DNA of 64,000 nucleotides from an uncultured Desulfosarcina sp. (GCA_963674945.2 CAXXWQ010000004.1:1600001-1664000); one strand, 5' to 3'; counted from the stretch's first letter, positions 31,143-40,869 are shown. The notes: generated by a model from the letters alone, not told the origin. Numbers and translations: made by a program.

Positions 31143-32689
31143 TTGAAAAATATATCCCATTCTTCGGCATTTTTGCACTTGTTGGGCAAGACGACCTCAT
31201 AATGATCCAATTCGTCGTTCCAAAACTCACCCTGAAACGCATAGATGGCTTTTCCATCCATTGATTTGCAATCTTTGGCCATCGCGTCATCTTCTTCGTC
31301 GTAGTGATAGGTGTGAACGCGCTGGTACATGTCGATACCGATCTCATATTCCATCAGATGGGCCTCTTCTTCGAATTGCAGCATGGAGTTGGCCATCACT
31401 TCATATTTATCACTCATTCGCTTTTTAAATTCACGCTCCATTTCCTCACGTTTGAGCGTGTACAGTTTATCGAGATACGCCTTTACCTCAGGGTCTGTAT
31501 ATTTTTGTGCAAGATCATGTTCTTTCTCCAGCAAATTCAAAAACCGCCACTCCCTTTGAATCACAGGTTTATTCAAAAGAACCAGCAGCATGGCCTGATT
31601 GTCATGGATGGGTTTACGTTGATAAATATGTTCCAGGGACTGACCATACCGGTCCTCGAATTTATCGAGGACCTTCATCGCGGTTTGATAGTGGCAAACA
31701 TCCTTATAGATAAATGATTTGAGGATATAAAACTCCGGTGTGAAGGCGTTGGTATAACTTGGTGCTTCGAAAGAGTAAAGAAGACCCATTGCACGCTCCG
31801 GGTTTCCCAATCGGTAGTGCACCCATGCACGCTCGAGGAGATTTTGAGATTGCTCGACGATGTTCATTTCGATCTGCTCGTAAAGCAGATCCGCGTCTTG
31901 GAAGTTTCCTTTCTCGTAATACAAGCGAGCCAACGTTTTTCGTGCATCATCCTTAAGCGGGTCCCCGTCTTCCAGCTTACGGAGTACCTTTTTTAACAAG
32001 GATATGGCGCTGTCGATACGGTTGTTGTAAATTTCGCGAAGTGCTCGTTTGAACAAATATTTGTTGTGATAGAACGTATCTTCCGGAATTTTCTCGAAGT
32101 GTTCATCCCCCCACTCGAAAAAGCCGTGCTCCCAGTCGTATTCCCCTTGGTAATAATTTATGAAGTCGGCAATATACCCTTCGAGAAAGCCGTAACTTTG
32201 GTCGCACAATGCACGATCGACGATCATTTTCTTGTCATAGGGGCTGGTCCTTGTGATCTTTTCCAACAATTCCAGCACGTAGTTAACGATTTGGGGGTTT
32301 GGCTTTCGGGTCACAAGATGGGTAAGCGAATCGACTGCGGCGTGGGTATATCCCAGCTTGTACAGGCTCATTCCAAAAAAGAACTCTGCCCATTCGTAAT
32401 CTTGTACGTCCGGTGTACTGGCATTCAAAAACATTAAAAGTTCACTGGCCGCCTTCTCGTACTTTCTCTTGCTGTAATGATCGTACCCCAGCGCAAAAAG
32501 CTGCCTGATGTCGCCCTCTTGAAGCTCAGATGGATCGGCCGCCACTGTATTCACTGTCTGATGATCGACCTCCGGTGAGAGCGTGTCGGTATCCGTGGTC
32601 GACGCCCGGGATGATCCTATTGCGGACAACAATACCAAAAGCAGCGTTGCGATAATCTTTGCCATCGGTTTTATCCAATCAGCCATCAT
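31139..32689 (-). CDS. TPR protein, GltC-like
   Basis: Signal peptide; LARLYYE, LLERAWVHY, PEFYILKSFIYKDVCHY; C-terminal FQGEFWNDELDHY...C signature. Confidence 0.8.
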   Translation of the reverse strand: MMADWIKPMAKIIATLLLVLLSAIGSSRASTTDTDTLSPEVDHQTVNTVAADPSELQEGDIRQLFALGYDHYSKRKYEKAASELLMFLNASTPDVQDYEWAEFFFGMSLYKLGYTHAAVDSLTHLVTRKPNPQIVNYVLELLEKITRTSPYDKKMIVDRALCDQSYGFLEGYIADFINYYQGEYDWEHGFFEWGDEHFEKIPEDTFYHNKYLFKRALREIYNNRIDSAISLLKKVLRKLEDGDPLKDDARKTLARLYYEKGNFQDADLLYEQIEMNIVEQSQNLLERAWVHYRLGNPERAMGLLYSFEAPSYTNAFTPEFYILKSFIYKDVCHYQTAMKVLDKFEDRYGQSLEHIYQRKPIHDNQAMLLVLLNKPVIQREWRFLNLLEKEHDLAQKYTDPEVKAYLDKLYTLKREEMEREFKKRMSDKYEVMANSMLQFEEEAHLMEYEIGIDMYQRVHTYHYDEEDDAMAKDCKSMDGKAIYAFQGEFWNDELDHYEVVLPNKCKNAEEWDIFFK

Positions 32690-33389
32690 TTAAAATTCTC
32701 TTCAATTTTTTCACGGTTGGATCTTCTTTGACCTTTCTAGGCGCCAGATCGAATCGAAATCCGACGCCAAGACCAAAGTAGATATTATTCTCCGTCTCAT
32801 CTTCCCTGAAGTTCATCAAATCACGGACTTCGACATTGAGGCACCATCTCTCAGACAAAAAGAATTTCATCCCGGCACCAAAACTTATGGAAAGTGCGTC
32901 TTCGGTCTTTGTCTCGCCGGTGCTGTACTCCCACTCGTAACGAACGATACCCGGGCCTGCAAAGAAGCTGATTTCGTTATTGATTACACTATGGTTTCTG
33001 AATGCGTGTTTTCCGTACAACGGCTTGTAGACAAAATGCGTGTGGAGCATGTATCTTTGCTCCGGGAACAATTCCGGTTGAACGTTGAAGTCGTTTCGCA
33101 AGGTGGCTTTCAGGTCTTTGTCGCTATTGAACATATACTGGGCCCGGGCGACTTCCCATGCGATACCTTCGGTAAAGTGATATGTATAACCGAGACCGAT
33201 GGGGTACACATGAAAGAAGTCGTCATCGGCAATATACCCGACACTCAGGTCGAGTTCATGACTTCGATGAAACACCCGATTTTGCACAGCACTTACTTTT
33301 TCTTCGCCAGTAGCGGTTTCACACCAACCCAATTGACTGCCGAAGACAAGGGTGGTCAGAATAATTCCAATGACGACTCTTACATTCAT
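32679..33389 (-). CDS. Outer-membrane beta-barrel protein, GltA/GltB/GltH-like
   Basis: Signal peptide; AVQNRVFHRSHELDLSVG, YKPLYGK and GAGMKFFL motifs typical of myxobacterial-type OM barrels. Confidence 0.8.
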   Translation of the reverse strand: MNVRVVIGIILTTLVFGSQLGWCETATGEEKVSAVQNRVFHRSHELDLSVGYIADDDFFHVYPIGLGYTYHFTEGIAWEVARAQYMFNSDKDLKATLRNDFNVQPELFPEQRYMLHTHFVYKPLYGKHAFRNHSVINNEISFFAGPGIVRYEWEYSTGETKTEDALSISFGAGMKFFLSERWCLNVEVRDLMNFREDETENNIYFGLGVGFRFDLAPRKVKEDPTVKKLKRILNDG

Positions 33390-33425
33390 TACCTTCTCCT
33401 ATACTCTCTTAACTTTGGTCGTGCG

Positions 33426-35870
33426 CTAAAAGGAAACCAGGTCGAATACGAACGGATAGCTGACGATCACCTCCGAACCAACCGGTTTCGGGAACTGCCA
33501 GGACTGAATCGCCGATTTGATGCAACCATGAATCTGGTTGGAGTTCACACTGGATGCGACGATCCGAATCTCCCCAACACGTCCATTTCTCATAATTTTC
33601 CACTCGAAAACGATTCGGCCCAAAATGGAGGGATTGGACATCAACGCGGTTTCGTAGCAGTATGTAATCTCATCCAGGTGCTGATCGATGACCCGTTTTA
33701 CCATCTCGCGACTCATGCCGCCTTCGATCTTGACGGTTCGATTCATCTTGGCCGTAACCATGGCCTGGACTTTTTTCTTTCCGGTGGTCCCACGCTCCAA
33801 TGCCGCGACCTCTCCTTTGCCGCGCGCACCACCACTGCGCAGAACTTGGGAGGATCCCTTGGTTTGAACGATCTGGCCGGTAGCCACCGAAATCTTGCCG
33901 TCGCCCAAGGCGCCTTTCAGGCCGCCAACGCTGAAGTTCTTTTCCGTGGCGCCGGGTACTGAGACGGCATCGAGATTGGTCACCGCCACCATCGCCTGGG
34001 AAGGATCGGATGCGGAAGCGGAGGTTCCCCCCAAAACACTCAACAAACCGGTTTGATTGATGTTTCGATTCTTTATGTTTCCCTTACCAAAACCACCGCC
34101 GGCTTTGGGATGCTTGCTATTCTGGCCTGCGACTGCCTTTTTGCCTATTTTTGCATTTTTCGTGTTTTTAACCGTAGTGTTGGCTTTTTGTTCGACTTTT
34201 TTTGCCGGTGGCGGCGCGACTTCCTTCTTCGCTTCTTGGGCAACCGGTTTCACAGGCGTCGGTTTCTTCGGTTCCGGCTTTATTTTCGGTTTCTCCATCT
34301 GCGCTAACATGGACTTATCAATCTTCACGAAGTGAAGTTCTTGCTTCTCGGGCTGGTGGGCCTGGAAAAAGGCGTGAATGGCGATCACCAGAAAAAACAT
34401 GAGATGCAGGCCCAACGAAGTTGCCCAGTGCTTCCATATCAATGTCTTTTCGGCCGGCGCGGCCTCCACCTGGGGACTTTGTGCATACGGAACCCGGTCG
34501 ATTCGGTATTGGCAGGCGCCATCATCGATGATCACGGCCCCATCGTCGGGAAGTGGAATTTCAAAGGCGGATCGATTCTTACGGCTTCGATAGGTTTCGG
34601 TCTTGTAATTATTTAAATCAGCAGTGATGACGCCAGAAGAATTCAATACAACGCCACCGAATGCCTCGGAAAAGATGACCACCTCTTGGTCATCGATGTA
34701 CCGGACCACATCCATCCGTCTGCCGCCAACTTCGACTGGATATGTTTGCCCATTGGTAATACAAGCCACATCGACCACGGCACTTCCCATGGTCTTTACG
34801 ACCTGCAGTTGAATCTTCGTTCGGTCTGTATTTTTAAAAGTTTCGATCGGAGACAGGATCTGATTCAGTGTGAATGGGGCATCCCAGATCTCTCCGTCCT
34901 CGTCCGCTTCCTCATCCACGGGGAAGTAATCCTGCGGAAAAGTGACGGATTCTTCTTTATTTTCGACAAAAGAAACAGTTTGATCGAAAGTGCTATTTGC
35001 CGAAGGAATTTGACTTTGGGTCTCGGTTGACACCGCTTCGGGTTCGGGGACTTGTATATGCCCGGCTTCCTCTAGCGAAACGGCTTGCACAGAATCGTTA
35101 CTTGTCGAATGATTTTCACTTTCGGTTACTGCCGCCGCCACTTCATTTTTGGCTACACTTTCATATTCGGGTACTGTTGAATGCGCCGTATTTTCCAATC
35201 CTTCCGCAGTCGTCTTCTGGCTGTCTTCTTCGGATGGCTTCACTTCTGTTGGAGGCGATGGCTGCTTCTCTTCCAGTTGTACATCACAGATGATGCCCGC
35301 TTTGAGCATGGCATTTTGGATTTGGGCGGCCTCGATTCCGCCCAATCCCTTTTTCACGACGACGTGTTCTTTTTCGACAAGTGGCAGTATCTTTTCCAGA
35401 TCGGTACGAAACATCTTGGACAAGTTTACCGCCGCCGTTTTCATCGCCGCTACGGAACCATATCGGTTCACCAGACGAACGGCATAGGAGGTTTTCTCAT
35501 TGTCCAAAGAACTGGCCGGACGTTCCTTCACCTGTACCTTCAATGCGAATGGACCGATGACGATCACATCCTCATGCTTGAGTTGTGCGGTGCGAACCGG
35601 CATTCCATTTAGACGAAGCCCATTTTGAGGGAACCGGTTTGTCAAGATTGCCTGTTCCCCTTGAAAATTCACGAGTGCATGAATGTCCGCGACAGACTGA
35701 TGATCCAGAAAAAGGTCCGCCTGCCTGCTGCGCCCGATGGTAATCTGATCTTTTTCGAATTTTCGTTCACTTACAAAATTGAGATTCTGATAGACTTGAA
35801 AATGGGTCATCGTCTGCGAACGTAACGATTCGGATTGGATTTGACCGAATTTTTCTTCTATATTCTTCAT
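33426..35870 (-). CDS. FHA-TM-TonB-like energy transducer, GltG (PglI)-like
   Basis: N-terminal FHA (ITIGRS...H...NG); acidic linker; TM WATSLGLHLMFFLV; Pro/Lys-rich spacer; C-terminal ITYCYE...GRIVFEW...CI...WQFPKP...VSYPFVF (AgmX/PglI C-terminal type). Confidence 0.85.
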   Translation of the reverse strand: MKNIEEKFGQIQSESLRSQTMTHFQVYQNLNFVSERKFEKDQITIGRSRQADLFLDHQSVADIHALVNFQGEQAILTNRFPQNGLRLNGMPVRTAQLKHEDVIVIGPFALKVQVKERPASSLDNEKTSYAVRLVNRYGSVAAMKTAAVNLSKMFRTDLEKILPLVEKEHVVVKKGLGGIEAAQIQNAMLKAGIICDVQLEEKQPSPPTEVKPSEEDSQKTTAEGLENTAHSTVPEYESVAKNEVAAAVTESENHSTSNDSVQAVSLEEAGHIQVPEPEAVSTETQSQIPSANSTFDQTVSFVENKEESVTFPQDYFPVDEEADEDGEIWDAPFTLNQILSPIETFKNTDRTKIQLQVVKTMGSAVVDVACITNGQTYPVEVGGRRMDVVRYIDDQEVVIFSEAFGGVVLNSSGVITADLNNYKTETYRSRKNRSAFEIPLPDDGAVIIDDGACQYRIDRVPYAQSPQVEAAPAEKTLIWKHWATSLGLHLMFFLVIAIHAFFQAHQPEKQELHFVKIDKSMLAQMEKPKIKPEPKKPTPVKPVAQEAKKEVAPPPAKKVEQKANTTVKNTKNAKIGKKAVAGQNSKHPKAGGGFGKGNIKNRNINQTGLLSVLGGTSASASDPSQAMVAVTNLDAVSVPGATEKNFSVGGLKGALGDGKISVATGQIVQTKGSSQVLRSGGARGKGEVAALERGTTGKKKVQAMVTAKMNRTVKIEGGMSREMVKRVIDQHLDEITYCYETALMSNPSILGRIVFEWKIMRNGRVGEIRIVASSVNSNQIHGCIKSAIQSWQFPKPVGSEVIVSYPFVFDLVSF

Positions 35871-35907
35871 CTCATTCTACCCGTTGATATTATTCATATT
35901 TGCCTAT

Positions 35908-36234
35908 TTACTTATTTTTCGACAATATCGTCTCATCGGGCAAACCATCGTCTCCCTTTGCGATGGCTGATGATTCCAAATCAAAGTCTTCTCTGATTTC
36001 GTTTCGATAGTTTTCCCGCACCTCGATCATATTTTTAATTTCGCTTTTTTTGCGATGCATCAGGTAAACTGCGCCGGACTTGATGCTCTGTCCGAGAATC
36101 TGTGCGTTTCCGAAATCAATTCGCTGCTGGAGGGCCTTTTGGTCACCACCTACAGCTATTGACATCGATGAGGCAAAAAAGATGAGGCAAAAATTAAAAT
36201 TGAGAAACACTTTTCGAAACATTGAAATATTCAT
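35908..36234 (-). CDS. Small exported protein, GltF (CglF)-like
   Basis: Signal peptide then IDFGNAQILGQ...YLMHRKKSEIKNMIEVRENYRNEI, matching the IDF..I.G...R.....+.VR.N pattern of GltF; lies between the motor genes and the gltG-like gene. Confidence 0.7.
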   Translation of the reverse strand: MNISMFRKVFLNFNFCLIFFASSMSIAVGGDQKALQQRIDFGNAQILGQSIKSGAVYLMHRKKSEIKNMIEVRENYRNEIREDFDLESSAIAKGDDGLPDETILSKNK

Positions 36235-36243
36235 ATCTGACCC

Positions 36244-36741
36244 TTATTTATTCTTCTCTTCAAGTACTCCAAACTGAAAATTCGGATACCCGGCCATTCC
36301 AGAGGTTTTAATTACGGAGTTAATTGTCTTGAATGAATGGGATTTGTCACACAGAAAAAGAACGTGTGGCTGTTCCTGTTTGTCATTCTCTTTTGCCTTC
36401 ATATCTGATCGGAATCTCTTCAGCCGCTTGAATAATTCAGAGGACTGCAGATCCTTTCCGGAAAGGCCCTCGATTTCTTCGTGATTTACCTTTGCCATCA
36501 CCTCGTCATTGATTCGAAGCTCGGTTTTGGTAAGGATAATTTTCAGGGCCTGCTGGTACTTTACTTCAGCAGTGGATCTTGGCAATTGCAGATCCTCACC
36601 AAGCTTTATTTTCTCTGGTGATTCAGAAAATGAAAAGAGAAGAAATATCAATATGATGGTAAACATATCCATCATCGATGTAAGCATGAGCTTTGGTGGA
36701 ACGAACGTTCTCGCTGATTTTCTTCGCCGACCTAAAGCCAC
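36244..36741 (-). CDS. ExbD/TolR family motor subunit (AglS-like)
   Basis: TM LMLTSMMDMFTIILIFLL with the conserved Asp; LCDKSHSFKTINSVIKTSGMAGY. Confidence 0.9.
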   Translation of the reverse strand: MALGRRRKSARTFVPPKLMLTSMMDMFTIILIFLLFSFSESPEKIKLGEDLQLPRSTAEVKYQQALKIILTKTELRINDEVMAKVNHEEIEGLSGKDLQSSELFKRLKRFRSDMKAKENDKQEQPHVLFLCDKSHSFKTINSVIKTSGMAGYPNFQFGVLEEKNK

Positions 36742-36752
36742 TTTCTTTCCTC

Positions 36753-37265
36753 CTAACCCAAGGATCCAGACAATACCACGTTTGGGAAAAGAACCTGTGA
36801 TTCATGCATGCGTGCACAATCCATGGCCTGTACGATTTCCCGGTAAGTCACCTCATTATCAGGAATCAGGATCATGGTGTCACTTGCCGGAAAACTTTTC
36901 TTTAATTTTTTCAAATAGCCCGCCACTTCGGATACGGCAAGGTCCCGTCCTTTTCCTCTTGGCAGAACCAATTCCTTTTCAGTGATCTGGATATCGTTCG
37001 GTGTATCGGAGAGGGTTGAGATTCGAACTTGATCCGATTTGATTTCAAGGACAACTGTAATTTTCTTCTGGAGCTCCTTGGCCGCCACCGACGCCGCAGG
37101 TGTATCTGCATGAACAGGAATGGAGGTGTTTATCGCCTTGATATGCAAAAAGGATACGGACGTCAGAAGAAACGGAATTAACACCATAAACAGGTTCATG
37201 ATGGGAATCATGTTTAGTTCCGGTTCTTCTTCGGGTGCTCGATTAAATCTACTGAATCGTGCCAT
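36753..37265 (-). CDS. ExbD/TolR family motor subunit (AglQ-like) with Asn at the conserved Asp position
   Basis: ELNMIPIMNLFMVLIPFLL; LIPDNEVTYREIVQAMDCAR...LFPNVVL. Confidence 0.9.
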   Translation of the reverse strand: MARFSRFNRAPEEEPELNMIPIMNLFMVLIPFLLTSVSFLHIKAINTSIPVHADTPAASVAAKELQKKITVVLEIKSDQVRISTLSDTPNDIQITEKELVLPRGKGRDLAVSEVAGYLKKLKKSFPASDTMILIPDNEVTYREIVQAMDCARMHESQVLFPNVVLSGSLG

Positions 37266-37893
37266 CTGGAATCCTCTTCTGTTTCATGGCGGAAAGCACG
37301 TTGGCAAGTCCCAAAGCTTTTTCTTCAATTTTATCAATTAAAAAATCGCCACGGTTGTTAAGCAGGTAAAAACCGCCAAGACACGGAATTGAAACCACCA
37401 GACCTGCCGCAGTGGTAAGCATTGCCATTGAAATACCGCTTGCGAGAACTTCTTGTTTCATTGCCTCATCTGCAGCACTAACACTTTGAAAAGCTGTAAT
37501 AAGCCCGAGAATTGTACCCAACAATCCGAGTAATGTTGCAATGTTGGCAAAAAGGGTTAACAAATTAACTCGAGATTTCACTCGGGGTAATTCTGAAACG
37601 ATCTTCTCTTCCATCGCACGTTCTATTTCCTGATCCTTTCGGTCTGCCTTTAACAGACCTGCTTTCAGAATATTTCCCAAAGGATGTTTTTTGATCTTGG
37701 AGCATTCGGCCAGAGCCGAATTGAAATCCATTTTTTCTAATGGAATGAGCACTCTTTTATAGGCACTGTCCATGTTAAGGCGCATCTGATAGTATAAGAA
37801 CGCTGCGCGTTCCACAAAAATTGCCATTGCAACGATTGAGACCCCTAAAATCACAAACATGAATGGTCCGCCATTGTTGAGTAAGGAAAACAA
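37249..37893 (-). CDS. MotA/TolQ/ExbB family ion channel subunit (AglR-like)
   Basis: TTG start with AAAGGAGG RBS; GGPFM, NIATLLGLLGTILGLITAF, GISMAMLTTAAGL. Confidence 0.92.
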   Translation of the reverse strand: MFSLLNNGGPFMFVILGVSIVAMAIFVERAAFLYYQMRLNMDSAYKRVLIPLEKMDFNSALAECSKIKKHPLGNILKAGLLKADRKDQEIERAMEEKIVSELPRVKSRVNLLTLFANIATLLGLLGTILGLITAFQSVSAADEAMKQEVLASGISMAMLTTAAGLVVSIPCLGGFYLLNNRGDFLIDKIEEKALGLANVLSAMKQKRIPDGTIQ

Positions 37894-38736
37894 GTTTTAC
37901 CTCCTTTGATGTTCGATCCTCAAATTTTCGTTACTATCGTTAACTCTGAAATTCTCAATATATGCCAAATTTATTGATAATTTGATTCCATGAGGTAGAA
38001 GGCAGATAGATAAAAGAAAAAGAGGAGGAATCAAATTTCTCTGTTCGCTTTTGCAGATATTATACCAACTTATTGAGAGCTCATTCTTTAACAGCGCTGA
38101 AAACACTAAAGTCAAATTATATCAATGACATGCAATTCTTTCACTGCATTTGATGAAAACTTTCAATCACCGAAGGTCTCACGTTTCATTTTCCCGAAAA
38201 TATACAGATTGCTTTTTTGTGTACTTATGTTGCCCTATGGAATCCGGCCATTTAACCCCGAAAATCATTGTTTTTCTTTTGCTATTCCAACCGGCAATGG
38301 TTCTTGATCGCGATATTCAGTTTCGGCGTGGCCAGATGAGCAAATTCGGAGCAACTCATGAAGATCATCATAAGTACCTATCCAGCCACTCGAAAGATAA
38401 GGAAAAAACGATTTTCTTCGTCTATATCTATAAGGAAATTTAGTGGTTCAATCCTGCATGAAGAGGATATCGGCCATTTGTCCCTATGCTAAAGAAAGGA
38501 ATTATGTGGATAAGAAAAAATGACGAGATATAACCGAAAATTACAGACGAATTTTCAGATGGATGTCGGATAGGTACGAATCGAGGAATACCTTCAAACC
38601 GTTTCTTTAATGTGATTACGGTGTAAAAATATACCGTTACCGTGTTCGCTTTTTATCAGGTATTAAATATGGAAATTAGCAAAGATTGCTAAAACTGTCG
38701 TGAAACCTCGCCCTCCTTTTTATAATCTTTAATCAT

Positions 38737-38997
38737 CTACCTGGACTTGGCAGATATGATGGGAGTATTGAAAATCAACGCTGACAGGTCGTTTTCCCGT
38801 GTTATATCAAGTTTCAGTTGGTCCTTGTCAATAACGAAATATCGTGAAATTACAGCGACAATCTCATTTTGCATATCTTTTAAGATGTCTTCGGAGACCT
38901 CTAAGCGATCATATACCAAGGCGAACTGCAGACGTTTCTTGGCCGTTTCCTTGCTGCCCCCCTTGGTAAAAAGTTTTTTCAAGAAATCATTTAGCAT
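38737..38997 (-). CDS. minE: Cell division topological specificity factor MinE
   Basis: SKETAKKRLQFALVYDR, EIVAVISRY; follows minD. Confidence 0.93.
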   Translation of the reverse strand: MLNDFLKKLFTKGGSKETAKKRLQFALVYDRLEVSEDILKDMQNEIVAVISRYFVIDKDQLKLDITRENDLSALIFNTPIISAKSR

Positions 38998-39063
38998 TTC
39001 GTTTCCCCTGATCCGGTCAAACCGGATACGGCGATTATCAATTCCGTGGATAGCAAAGAGCCG

Positions 39064-39864
39064 CTATTTTCGTAAACCAATTTTTGCACCGATTCTCTTC
39101 CAGATGGATTTGGAGACACCCGGAATCTCGATGGGAAGGTCCGGCTGTCCGTTCAGTCGCATGGCGATGCGCTTGAAGGCTAAGCCTGCCTTGGATTCTT
39201 CATTCATCACGATGGGCATCCCGCTGTTGGTCGAAACCACCACCTGTTCATCCGCCTCCACCAATCCAACCAGATCGATGGACAATACGTCCACCACATC
39301 CTGGTGGCTGAGCATGTCTCCGCGCGCCACCATCGACGGAACGATGCGATTGACCACCAGCTTGGGAGGAATCTGCTTGGAGTACAAAAGACCGATCACC
39401 CGGTCCGCATCCCGGACGGACGACACTTCCGGTGTGCAGATCACCACCGCCTCGTCCGCCGCCGCAACGGCGTTGTCGAATCCCCGCTCGATACCGGCCG
39501 GACAATCCATGAGGATAAAGTCATAGGTCTTTTTCAGCTCCTTGGACAGATGGATCATGTCCTCGGGACGCAACGCATCCTTGTTGTCGCTCTGGGAGGC
39601 CGGTATTAGGAACAGCGTCTCGATTCGACGGCTCTTGATCGCTGCCTGATGAAGTTTACACTTGCCACGGATCACATCCACGATGTTGAACACCACCCGG
39701 TTTTCCAGTCCCATCACCACATCGAGGTTGCGAAGACCGATGTCCATGTCCACGACCGCTACTTTCTTGCCATCCATGGCCAGCGCCGCACCGATGGAGG
39801 CCGTCGCCGTGGTCTTGCCCACGCCGCCTTTGCCCGAGGATATGACGATTATTTTTCCTTCCAC
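39064..39864 (-). CDS. minD: Septum site-determining ATPase MinD
   Basis: SGKGGVGKTT, DIGLRNLDVVMGLENR, PEVSSVRDADR. Confidence 0.97.
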   Translation of the reverse strand: MEGKIIVISSGKGGVGKTTATASIGAALAMDGKKVAVVDMDIGLRNLDVVMGLENRVVFNIVDVIRGKCKLHQAAIKSRRIETLFLIPASQSDNKDALRPEDMIHLSKELKKTYDFILMDCPAGIERGFDNAVAAADEAVVICTPEVSSVRDADRVIGLLYSKQIPPKLVVNRIVPSMVARGDMLSHQDVVDVLSIDLVGLVEADEQVVVSTNSGMPIVMNEESKAGLAFKRIAMRLNGQPDLPIEIPGVSKSIWKRIGAKIGLRK

Positions 39865-39949
39865 GATTCACCTCATTACCTTTTATGATGGAAGCTTCGC
39901 TTCTTTGATTTATCTTCGTTCCCAGGTGCACTGATTTGTTCTCGTCGGC

Positions 39950-40633
39950 TTACCGAATTTCGGGCCAAGGAAGCCGTTTGAACGGATTGGCGGCCAAATA
40001 ATCGTCCACAACGATACCACCATTTTCAAAATGGGCAAATTCTGGCACACCGGTATTGGTTGCAGGTAAACCGGCTGCAACGATACCACCGATGCTGACC
40101 TGCAAGGGACGAAAATCGAGTGCCAAAATAATGGCATCAAGATTATCCGGTTGACCGGCCGAAGCGGTTCCCAACAGACTCCCAAAGACCAGAATGTCTC
40201 CACCGGCAATCAGTTCACATCCGGGATTGACATCCCCCAAGATGACCAAGTGTTTTTTTGCCTGCACGCTCTGGCCCGAACGCACGCGACCGGAAAGGAT
40301 GAGACTATCGCTTCGATGTTGCGCAATGGCTGTTCGGGCATACTTTTTCATAGAAGTCTTTTCAAGCTTCCCATCTGTATTTTCTGGTGCGACAATCTCT
40401 TTCGGATGAAACACATCTTTCAGATAGGCACTGATTTGATGGTGGCGATCTTCATTGACCTGGCCGGGACCGGTATCCAGTACAACCCTGGTCGAAGCGG
40501 CCAGATGTTTTAATGGGTCGAAGAGTCTTACCAGTTCGTCTTTTATGCGATCAAACGGTGTATCGGGAGCGATGGTCACCCAGAGGCTGCTTCCAACACC
40601 TTTCATTCGTACAGCAGGAATTTGCTCTGTCAT
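39950..40633 (-). CDS. minC: Septum site-determining protein MinC
   Basis: VRSGQSV, LVILGDVNPG, AGGDILVFGSLLGTASAG. Confidence 0.93.
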   Translation of the reverse strand: MTEQIPAVRMKGVGSSLWVTIAPDTPFDRIKDELVRLFDPLKHLAASTRVVLDTGPGQVNEDRHHQISAYLKDVFHPKEIVAPENTDGKLEKTSMKKYARTAIAQHRSDSLILSGRVRSGQSVQAKKHLVILGDVNPGCELIAGGDILVFGSLLGTASAGQPDNLDAIILALDFRPLQVSIGGIVAAGLPATNTGVPEFAHFENGGIVVDDYLAANPFKRLPWPEIR

Positions 40634-40738
40634 TTACGCATGTTTTAAAATCTTGGGTTTATGGTGTTGTGAAATATTACAGCCGTAGACGAGCCGAGTG
40701 CAGGCCATGCGGTTTGATCGCATTGGCCGTTTACCGGC

Positions 40739-40767
40739 ACAATACTGAAACATATATAGTGTGTCAA
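40739..40767 (-). promoter_or_regulatory. Candidate sigma70 promoter of minCDE
   Basis: Minus strand TTGACA-N17-TATTGT, ~100 bp upstream of minC. Confidence 0.55.
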
Positions 40768-40869
40768 GCATGAAAACACATCAACATATGGTATCCGCAT
40801 TGGATCTGTAGGTGTTATGCATGGAGCCGGGGGGATTGAATACTTCGGTGCGATAAAATAGAGAACCAG

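Noticed and set aside
36244..37893. Ordinary TonB-ExbBD uptake or Tol-Pal system
   Set aside because: No TonB-dependent receptor, TolB or Pal. Two different ExbD genes plus GltF/G/A/C/D-like neighbours fit the Agl-Glt class better.
37897..38443. Short ORFs in the AT-rich leader
   Set aside because: No RBS or motifs and atypical composition; likely spurious.
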